64,000 nucleotides of DNA, from positions 800,001 through 864,000 of the forward strand of contig CAWGJT010000005.1 of the NCBI GenBank assembly GCA_963822965.1. The letters run 5' to 3'. Shown here piece after piece: positions 1 to 7,389 of this stretch (positions are counted from its first letter, which is position 1; every line of letters starts with the position of its first letter). The translations under genes and the position numbers were made by a program. The notes beneath the pieces were generated by a model. It saw nothing but the letters and a program-made list of their open reading frames with translations, made no database searches and had not been told where the DNA came from. Source of the stretch: an uncultured delta proteobacterium. Lineage in GTDB: Bacteria > Myxococcota_A > UBA9160 > UBA4427.

Positions 1-419
1 TCGCCGAGCGCGAGCGTGGCGAAGCGCGGCCCGCCCTCCTGCAACGAGGGAACGAAATGCCCCAGATAGCGGACGAAGGCCTTGGCGGCGGCCGCGATGG
101 GCGCCGAGAATCCCGCCACCAGCGACACGAAGGCGCTCATGAAGCCGGCGGCGCCGCCGTACGTGTCCCGCAGGTACGCGTACTCGGCGCCTGGGCCGGG
201 GGTCGAGGCGCCGAGCTCCGCGTAGCAGAGCGCCCCGCAGAACGCGAGCACCCCGCCGGCGACCCACACCCCGAAGACGAGCCCGGGATGCCCGAGGTCG
301 GCGGCCTGGAAGCCCGTGGTGGTGAAGATCCCCGCGCCAATCACGTTGGCGACGACGAGGGCCACCGCGGATCGCAGCCGGATGTAGCGATGCAGACCGG
401 AGCGGGGCTCGCGGTCCAT
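1..419 (-). CDS. APC family amino acid permease (5' part; runs off the window)
   Basis: Hand translation from ATG at 419: MDREPRSGLHRYIRLRSAVALVVANVIGAGIFTTTG...GALCYAELGASTPGPGAEYAYLRDTYG. These are the TM1 GxGIF and YAEL...G.Y.Y motifs of APC transporters. Not in the ORF track because it is truncated. Confidence 0.9.
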   Translation of the reverse strand, partial: MDREPRSGLHRYIRLRSAVALVVANVIGAGIFTTTGFQAADLGHPGLVFGVWVAGGVLAFCGALCYAELGASTPGPGAEYAYLRDTYGGAAGFMSAFVSLVAGFSAPIAAAAKAFVRYLGHFVPSLQEGGPRFATLALG

Positions 420-422
420 GGA

Positions 423-986
423 TCAGTCGTCGAGCTCGTCCAGGGCCGCGCAGATCTCGGCGTTGGACGGGATGTCGGCCGTGGTCTCGGCCACGTGGAG
501 GAAGCGCAGGACGCCGCCCCGATCGAAGATCGCCACCCCACCCAGCTGCAGCACGTCGCTCGCCTCCAGCTGCGAGGCCGCGAGGTCGGCGTTGCGCACC
601 AGGCGGAACGACTCGCGGGGGTCGGTGAAGAAGGGCTTCACGACGGTCGACCACCAGCCGCCGCGCTTCAGCGCGAGGGCGCGATAGCCGGCCCGCTGCG
701 GATCGCCGAGACACGGCACGCCCGAGGCGTAGCGCGAGCAGTAGCGGGCGACCTCCTCCTCGCTGCCCTGTCCCACGGCCACGAGCCGGGCGCCCCGTCG
801 CTGGAACTCCTCCAGTCCCCGGCGCACCTGGACCAGGTGCTCGCGGCACAACGGTCAGCCGAAGTGGCGCAGGAAGACGAACACCGAAGGGCCCTCGCCC
901 CAGTATCGGGAAATGGGGACGAGCCCGCGGCCCGGCTCGACGAAGGAGAGGTCGGGCGCCTGGCTCCGGGTCCGCTGCAGGGTCAT
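423..986 (-). CDS. Peroxiredoxin-like AhpC/TSA-2 (PRXL2/SelU-like) selenoprotein with UxxC motif
   Basis: ATG at 986 with a GAGGAG RBS. Reads MTLQRTRSQAPDLSFVEPGRGLVPISRYWGEGPSVFVFLRHFG-TGA-PLCREHL. The TGA (857-855) is codon 44 and replaces the first Cys of the family motif FLRHFGCxxCRE. The C-terminal QLGGVAIFD...H motif also fits. Confidence 0.88.
824..840 (-). promoter_or_regulatory. Putative bacterial SECIS hairpin
   Basis: On the mRNA, GCACCUG-GUC-CAGGUGC is a perfect 7-bp stem with a G/U-containing apical loop. It starts 14 nt after the in-frame UGA. Confidence 0.65.
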
Positions 987-1058
987 CTTCCGTCTCCTCG
1001 CCGATCCGATTCGGAGAGGACGATCGTGGCACACCCCGGGCGACTATGCTTCGAGCCC

Positions 1059-1868
1059 ATGAGCACCCCCACGAGCCTCGAGACCCGGGACTGCACCCTC
1101 GCCTACGAGAGCGTCGGGGAGGAGGAGGACGCCCCCATCGTGCTCCTCCACGGCTTCGGCATGAGCCGCGCTGCGATGGCGCCGCTGGCCCGGTCCCTGC
1201 GCGCCCGCGGCTGCGCCCGCCGGTGCATCCTCGTCGACCTCCGCGGGCACGGCGCCACGCGGGCCCCGGCGCGCGAAGAAGACATGAGCTATCCGGCCAT
1301 GCGGGACGACCTCGCCGCGCTCCTCGAACGGGAGGCCCCGGGCGGCGCCCACTGCGTCGGGCACTCGATGGGCGGCCAGATCGCCCTCCTCACCGCGATC
1401 GCACGCCCGGATCTCGTTCGCTCGCTGACGCTCCTGGGAGCCGGCCCGTGCCGCGCGGTGGTCGACGCGCGAGAGAGGCGCAGCTGGCAGCGTGCGGCCG
1501 CCGCGTTCGAGAGCGCGCGCCCGCAGGCGCTCGCGGCTTCGCTGGCCGCCGCCGCACCCAGCACGGAAGCGACGCTCACACCCGAGCGCCTCTACGGCAC
1601 CGCGCGCGGCGCCGACCTGGCCCGCATCGTCCGCGGCGGCTTTCTCACGCTCCCCAGCAACGACGACGAGTGCCGGCGGCTGGCCGCCCCCACGCTGCTC
1701 CTGGCCGGAGCACACGACGAGGGCTGGCTCGAGCCGACCCGCAAGCTCGCGCGCCTCGTCCCTTCGAGCGAGCTTCACGTGGAGGACGGCGCGGGCCACT
1801 TGTTGCCCCTCGAACGTCCCGACGCCTGCGCGGACCGGATCGTGCGATTCCTGGCGAGCCTCGTCTGA
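1059..1868 (+). CDS. Alpha/beta fold hydrolase
   Basis: Motifs LLHGFG, VDLRGHG, GHSMGG nucleophile elbow, and catalytic D and H (AGHLLPLERP). The real start is MSTPTS at 1059, inside ORF 57..1868. Confidence 0.9.
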   Translation: MSTPTSLETRDCTLAYESVGEEEDAPIVLLHGFGMSRAAMAPLARSLRARGCARRCILVDLRGHGATRAPAREEDMSYPAMRDDLAALLEREAPGGAHCVGHSMGGQIALLTAIARPDLVRSLTLLGAGPCRAVVDARERRSWQRAAAAFESARPQALAASLAAAAPSTEATLTPERLYGTARGADLARIVRGGFLTLPSNDDECRRLAAPTLLLAGAHDEGWLEPTRKLARLVPSSELHVEDGAGHLLPLERPDACADRIVRFLASLV

Positions 1869-1901
1869 AAGAGCGCGCGCGGACCCGGAAGACCGGGCCA
1901 C

Positions 1902-3011
1902 TCAGCGCAGCGAGCGGCTCGCCCCCAGCGCGACGACCGCGGTCGGATCGAAGTCGATCAGCCCCGGGCGGCCGAAGTAGGCCTCGACGCCTTCCCGGAT
2001 GACGGGCAGCTGCGTCACGCCCCCGGCGAGGAGCACGTTGTGGATGTCGCCCGCGCCGACGCCGGCGTTGGCCAGCGCTTCGTCGCACGCCAGGAAGGTC
2101 CGCTGCACGAGCTTCATGCACAGGGAGTCCATCAGCGAGCGACGGATGGGCAGCCCCTCCTCGGCGATCGGGCACTCGGGGTCGACCTGGCTCAGGTCGA
2201 TGCGGGCCTCGTCCTCGGAGGCCAGCCGGATCTTCACCCGCTCGCACTCGGACAGCAGGCGGACCGACACCTCGGCGTAGTTGCCCAGATCCCAGTTGTG
2301 CTGCTTGAGCACCTCGCGCCGGGCCCAGTCGGCGATCTGCTGGTCGATGTCGTCGCCGCCCAGGAACGGCTCGCTGGCCCGGGCCATGACGCGTACGCCC
2401 GCCTCGCCGCACCACAGGACGGAGACGTCGAAGGTTCCGCCGCCGAGATCGTAGACGGCGACCAGACCGCGCAGGTCCGCCGAGGACTGGTAGGCGTACG
2501 CGGTGGCCTCCGCCTCGTCCACCAGCCGCAGGTTCTCGAAGCCCGCCATCCGGGCTGCTTCGACGGTCGCGTTCCGTTGCGGCGTCGTGAACCCCGTCGG
2601 CACCGTGATCACCACGTCGAGACCCCGCACCTGGGGACCCAGCGGCTCGGAGACCCGCCGCAACAGGCTCGCGGCGATGTCGGTGGGCGAGTGTCGACCG
2701 GCCCGGGTCTGGAAGAGCGGCCAATCGTCGCCGTCGTCCACCACCTCGAAGGGATAGCGCTCGACGAACTCGAGCGTCTGCGAATCGTGGAAGCGGCGGC
2801 CGATGATCCGCTTGGAGGAGAAGATCGTATTGGCGGCGTCGATCGCCCGGCGGCGTCGGGCGGACTGGCCGGAGATGGACGACCCGTTGGGCAGGAAGGC
2901 GACCGCGGACGGGAGGTACCGCGCCCCGTCGTCGCCGATCGCGAGGATCTCGTCGTCGAAACACGCAACCGTGTTCGTCGTGCCGAGGTCGATGCCCAAC
3001 TGCTTCTTCAT
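1902..3011 (-). CDS. Hsp70-family protein, nucleotide-binding domain only (about 369 aa)
   Basis: GIDLGTTNT, VITVPTGF, VYDLGGGTFDVS, LGGDDID, LLAGGVTQLP and VVALGA are present, then a stop. There is no substrate-binding domain. Confidence 0.9.
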   Translation of the reverse strand: MKKQLGIDLGTTNTVACFDDEILAIGDDGARYLPSAVAFLPNGSSISGQSARRRRAIDAANTIFSSKRIIGRRFHDSQTLEFVERYPFEVVDDGDDWPLFQTRAGRHSPTDIAASLLRRVSEPLGPQVRGLDVVITVPTGFTTPQRNATVEAARMAGFENLRLVDEAEATAYAYQSSADLRGLVAVYDLGGGTFDVSVLWCGEAGVRVMARASEPFLGGDDIDQQIADWARREVLKQHNWDLGNYAEVSVRLLSECERVKIRLASEDEARIDLSQVDPECPIAEEGLPIRRSLMDSLCMKLVQRTFLACDEALANAGVGAGDIHNVLLAGGVTQLPVIREGVEAYFGRPGLIDFDPTAVVALGASRSLR

Positions 3012-3394
3012 CCCTGCTCCTTGCCTCCTCGCGATTCGTGGAGACCCCGGATGGCGCTCCGTGCGGCGTCTCCGATCTCGAGAACCCGCGTGCTGTAGTG
3101 CAGCTTCCCGGCGTCGAGGCACTGGCCGACGGTGCACTTGAGCCCCACCTTCGTGCGTCCGGCCGCGGCTCCCGCGTCCGGCAGGAAGAAGTTGAGCCGT
3201 AGCTCGTCTCCCTGCGCGAAGGCCACGTCGGTCTCGAGCAGCAGTCGACGCTCGGTCAGCTCCAGGATCATGGCGAAGCCGCTGCGCCTTTTGCCGCCCT
3301 TCTGCTCGAGCTCGTAGTGCGCGAGCAGCTCCAGATCCGACACGTCCGCGTCGGACCGGGCGACGGGATTCGGGTTCTGCAGACCGCTGAGCAT
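3008..3394 (-). CDS. Small PilZ-like beta-barrel protein (hypothetical)
   Basis: ILELTERRLLLETDVAFAQGDELRLNFFLP...CTV...Y has a PilZ-like pattern but lacks the canonical RxxxR and DxSxxG motifs. Its stop overlaps the Hsp70 start (ATGA). Start uncertain. Confidence 0.5.
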   Translation of the reverse strand: MLSGLQNPNPVARSDADVSDLELLAHYELEQKGGKRRSGFAMILELTERRLLLETDVAFAQGDELRLNFFLPDAGAAAGRTKVGLKCTVGQCLDAGKLHYSTRVLEIGDAARSAIRGLHESRGGKEQG

Positions 3395-3591
3395 CGAGCC
3401 AGACCTCTCCGCGGCGGACCACGACCCGTCCTGGACCGTCCCCGCTGTTCCTCCTTCGTCCAGTCGTCGCTGGATCTGAACCGCGCCTCGCGCCGCGTCC
3501 GGAACCGGCGTTGGGACGCGATAGCGTCCGCACGTCGCGCGGGTGCGGGCGAATCTGCGCATCTCCTGCACTTGCCCGGACGGGCGGGCCG

Positions 3592-4074
3592 GTGGTAAGA
3601 AGTGCGAAACCCGGAGGAGGTCCCCTGCCGGCACCCGACGAACGGCTGCGAGCAACCCGGGCAGGCTTCGCCTTCCTCGCGGCCGCCTTCGCCCTGGCCG
3701 CGCTCGTGGCGCTGACGTCCTCGCGGGATGCGCGGGCCGACCCCGAGCCCGAGCAGCTGGTGGTGACGGCCACGGCCTACAACTCCGTGCCGCACCAGAC
3801 CAACGCCAGACCCCACCTCACCGCCTGGGGAGACGTCCTCGAGCCCGGCATGAAGGCCATCGCCGTCTCGCGAGATCTCATCCACCTCGGCCTCCGGCAC
3901 GGGGTCGAGGTGGAGATCGAGGGCCTCGAGGGGGTCTACGTGGTTCGCGACAAGATGGCGAAGCGTTGGCGGAAGAAGATCGACATCTACATGGGGAAGG
4001 ACGTGGAGGCCGCCAGGCACTGGGGGAAGCGCCGGGTCCGCATCCGCTGGACGCCGCCGGCCGACGGATCCTGA
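3592..4074 (+). CDS. 3D domain (MltA-like) cell-wall protein
   Basis: Hydrophobic signal followed by VTATAYNS...TAWG...IAVSRDL...VVRD...IDIYM. Start uncertain. Confidence 0.85.
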   Translation: MVRSAKPGGGPLPAPDERLRATRAGFAFLAAAFALAALVALTSSRDARADPEPEQLVVTATAYNSVPHQTNARPHLTAWGDVLEPGMKAIAVSRDLIHLGLRHGVEVEIEGLEGVYVVRDKMAKRWRKKIDIYMGKDVEAARHWGKRRVRIRWTPPADGS

Positions 4075-4095
4075 AGACCGGGATCCGCGCCCGAA

Positions 4096-4773
4096 TCAGA
4101 CGGACAGCCACGCGCGATGAGCGGGGATCGGCGGCTCTGCGCGGGTGTCCTCCCAGGCCCACGAGACCGACTCCTCGACCGGGCGACCGACACGGTCGGG
4201 CGGCAGCTCGGCGTCGTCCACGAAGAACGCGTTCGGGGCGAAGCTGTCGGTGTGGACCAGTGAGTAGCCCTTCTCGCGACCCAGCTTCCACAACGCGGCC
4301 AGGCTCGCGCCGTGGAACATGGTCTTGTCCCAGCGATGATCGGCGTCGTAGGGCATGGTCTTGGAGACTTCGGCCCCGAAGAAGACGTTGTACTCGATCA
4401 CCACGACGCGCGGTCGGTACGCCTCGAGCGCCTGCCACACCCAGTACTCGTTGCCGTCGATGTCGACGGAGAGGAGGTCGAAGACCGGGGGAACGCGATA
4501 CTTCCGGAAGAGCGCCTCGACGTTCTCCGCGGTGACGAACTCGCGCCGGACGAGCCCGCTCACCCGCTCGGGGTCTCCGTCCATCAACAGGCCGCTCCAG
4601 CCGTGGTCGAGACGCAGGTGGGCCGTGTTCGAGAGGTGGCGGCCGTCCCAGGCGCCGAACTCCACGAAGGTCCGGTTGCGCTCACCGAGGCACGCGAACA
4701 GCCGTGCGAGCACCCCGTCCTCTCCGCCCTGGGAGTGGACCCGCCCCTCATAGCGCCGAAGATCCGAGAGCAT
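4096..4773 (-). CDS. FkbM-like SAM-dependent methyltransferase family protein
   Basis: SQGGEDG, FVEFGAWDG, DLLSVDIDGNEYWVW, RPRVVVIEYN, GASLAAL...KGY motifs. Confidence 0.75.
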   Translation of the reverse strand: MLSDLRRYEGRVHSQGGEDGVLARLFACLGERNRTFVEFGAWDGRHLSNTAHLRLDHGWSGLLMDGDPERVSGLVRREFVTAENVEALFRKYRVPPVFDLLSVDIDGNEYWVWQALEAYRPRVVVIEYNVFFGAEVSKTMPYDADHRWDKTMFHGASLAALWKLGREKGYSLVHTDSFAPNAFFVDDAELPPDRVGRPVEESVSWAWEDTRAEPPIPAHRAWLSV

Positions 4774-4778
4774 CGGGC

Positions 4779-6167
4779 TCAACGGATCCCGAGCCGGCGC
4801 GACTGGGCGCTCTGCAGCCGGCCCTCGGGGTCCCAGATTCGACGCACGGCCTCGAACTCGGCGAGGCGCGGGTACATCCGGCGGAACTGATCGGCCGGGG
4901 TGAACGCGTCCTTCGCCAGGTAGATCCGGCCGCCTCGGGCGACGACGAACTCGTTCAGCTCGAAGACCAGGCGCCGGGTCTCCTCGCCTCGAATCGGGAT
5001 GTCGAGCGCGAGGGACACGCCGGGCTGGGGAAACGAGAGCAGCCCCCGCCCCCGAGCGCCGCAGTCCTTCAGCACGGTGACGAACGAGGAGCCGCCGCCG
5101 CGCTGGAAGATCGACAGGAACTCGCGATAGGCGTCCACCTCTCCCGGAATCACGCACTGGTACTGGGTGAAGCCCCTGCTGCCGTAGACCCGGTGCCAGT
5201 GGGAGATGCCGTCCAGCTGGTGGAACCACGCGTCCGGGCTGGTGAGACCGACGGAGGCCCGGGACCCGTGCTTCCAGTACCAGAAGCTGTTCGCGAGACG
5301 CAGGGTGTGCCGGTTCACGAGCCCGTTCGGGAAGCGGAAGGGAATCGAGAGTCTCAGCGGCCGCGGCGGCGGATGGTCGGGCGCCTCGGCGGCGGTCGCC
5401 CAGCGGCCCTTCATGAGGATGCCCCGGCCCAGGGAGCGACCGCGCGCGGTGCAGTCGAGCCATGCCACCGTGGAGGGCCAGCTCTCGCCGGCCTCCACCA
5501 GCCGGGGAAGCAGCGCGTCGATCGAGCCCAGCCGCTCGCTCTCGCACCAGATCCACCGCGAAGGCACCGGCGTCATCCGCAGCTCGACCTCGAGCACGTG
5601 ACCGGTGAGCCCCATGCCGCCCAGGGTGGCGTGGAAGAGATCCGGCTCGCTTCTCTCGCACACCTCGACGACGCGCCCGTCGGCCACGCGCATGCGCAGC
5701 GCCAGCACGTGCTCGCCGAAGCAACCGACACTGTGGTGGTTCTTGTTGTGCACGTCCGAGGCCACCATGCCTCCGAGCGTCACCTGGGCGGTGCCGGGCG
5801 TGACGGGCGAGATCCAGCCGCGGGGCAGGAAGACGGAGTTCAACGTGGCGAGGGAGACGCCCGCTTCGGCGCGCAGGACGCCGGTCTCCGGATCGAAGGC
5901 CAGCAGGCGGTCGGCGAGGGTCGTCGTCGCTACGTGAGCGGCGGCGTCCTCCGGCGGCAGGGCGGCGTCTCCGTACGAACGCCCCAGCCCGCGGCTCAGG
6001 ATTGCGTCCCGCGAGATCTCGAGCAGATCCTCGGAGCGGCGTTCCACGCCGAGGATCACGGGATGCTGCCCCCAGCCGGCGAGCTCGCGCCGCCGACCGT
6101 TCGCGGGCGCGTCGACCCCGGTAGGGAGGCTCTCGAGGTGGCCCTTCACGACCCGCGGCTTCGACAC
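4779..6167 (-). CDS. FAD-binding oxidoreductase, DprE1-like
   Basis: RGLGRSYGDAA, PVTPGTAQVTLGGMVASDVHNKNHH, YGSRGFTQYQ, GGRIYLAKDA motifs. GTG start with a GAGG RBS. Confidence 0.88.
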   Translation of the reverse strand: MSKPRVVKGHLESLPTGVDAPANGRRRELAGWGQHPVILGVERRSEDLLEISRDAILSRGLGRSYGDAALPPEDAAAHVATTTLADRLLAFDPETGVLRAEAGVSLATLNSVFLPRGWISPVTPGTAQVTLGGMVASDVHNKNHHSVGCFGEHVLALRMRVADGRVVEVCERSEPDLFHATLGGMGLTGHVLEVELRMTPVPSRWIWCESERLGSIDALLPRLVEAGESWPSTVAWLDCTARGRSLGRGILMKGRWATAAEAPDHPPPRPLRLSIPFRFPNGLVNRHTLRLANSFWYWKHGSRASVGLTSPDAWFHQLDGISHWHRVYGSRGFTQYQCVIPGEVDAYREFLSIFQRGGGSSFVTVLKDCGARGRGLLSFPQPGVSLALDIPIRGEETRRLVFELNEFVVARGGRIYLAKDAFTPADQFRRMYPRLAEFEAVRRIWDPEGRLQSAQSRRLGIR

Positions 6168-6489
6168 TTCGGCCTCGTCCCTGCGTGCTCGTCCGGGAAG
6201 CAGCGGCCGCCCCGACCTGCGTTCGCGTCCTTCCATCGGCCTCCCCGCTCGTTCACGCCAGTCCATTCACGATGGTGCAGGCGGATGTCCCGCGATTCCG
6301 GGAGTCTCCGCCGTGTTCCGCCAGTCGCCGTGAGCGCCGCCGCAGGATAGCGTCGATCGCTGACCGTGGGTCAGCACGGCGCGCCACACTTGTGAGGCGG
6401 CAAGAGTCCCTCCAACGACCACCCGACGGCCCGCCTTTTTGATTGATCTGCGCGGCGGAATCGTCGTAGGCTTCGCGACGGAGGTGCGG

Positions 6490-7389
6490 ATGCTGTATTT
6501 GCGGAAGCCGACCCGGTCCCTCTTCATTCCTCTCTTGTCCGGTCTCTCGTTCGCCATCGTCGGGCTCACCGCCGGCCTCGGTCGAGCCGACGTGGCGCCG
6601 TGGTCGCCGAACTCGGCATTCACGAACGAGGTCGTCTACAACCTGGACATCAGCTGCGCCGGCGTGGGAATCGTGTGCGACGCCCTCGACGCCTATTCGG
6701 ACACCCAGGTCGCCGGGTTCGACGGCGCGGGAACGATCGAGGTCGACTTCGCCGGGGGCACCTTCCACTTCCTCCAGGACGGCAGCCGGGACCTGAACGA
6801 CGGCATGGGCCCGCGTCCCGCCTACGCGAGCCTCGAGGTGCAGGACCTCACCTTCGCGGAGATTCCCTTCGTCGGGGCACCGACGACCGATGCCGGCGTG
6901 ATCTTCGCGCTGACGAATCCGATCTTCGACACCGGCGGCGCGCCGCTGGCCGTCGGGTCGTATCCGGTATCCGCCGTGGTGAGCTACTCGGCGGTGGCGG
7001 ACATCGTCGGCCCGGTCGACGTCTATCTCCCCGAGCTGGCGTTGCAGCCCGCGGACGTCACGTTGAGCGGCACGCTCGTGGTCCTCGCGCTGCCTCCCGG
7101 CGGTGGCATCGTCTACCGGATCGACGACCTCACGGGCAGCCTGCAGGTCTCGAACCCCACCACCCTCCTCGGCGAGGACGTGGTGGTGACGGTCACCACG
7201 GACCTGACGTTGAACCTGAGCGGCCAGTCGATCTCACCGGGCGGCGTCAGCAGCCTGCCCGCCCTGGGCGGCGGTGGAACCGCGGCGCTCGTCGCCGGTC
7301 TGGCTGCGATCGGCGCTTGGCAGAGCCGGCGCCGGCGCCGGGGGGCGCGGATCGGATCGAACCGCCCTGCAGACGGAGGAACGAAATGA
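6490..7389 (+). CDS. Secreted protein with IPTL-CTERM-like C-terminal sorting signal
   Basis: N-terminal signal peptide and an acidic beta-rich body. The C-terminus LPALGGGGTAALVAGLAAIGAWQSRRRRR has the motif + TM + basic tail layout. Confidence 0.7.
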   Translation: MLYLRKPTRSLFIPLLSGLSFAIVGLTAGLGRADVAPWSPNSAFTNEVVYNLDISCAGVGIVCDALDAYSDTQVAGFDGAGTIEVDFAGGTFHFLQDGSRDLNDGMGPRPAYASLEVQDLTFAEIPFVGAPTTDAGVIFALTNPIFDTGGAPLAVGSYPVSAVVSYSAVADIVGPVDVYLPELALQPADVTLSGTLVVLALPPGGGIVYRIDDLTGSLQVSNPTTLLGEDVVVTVTTDLTLNLSGQSISPGGVSSLPALGGGGTAALVAGLAAIGAWQSRRRRRGARIGSNRPADGGTK

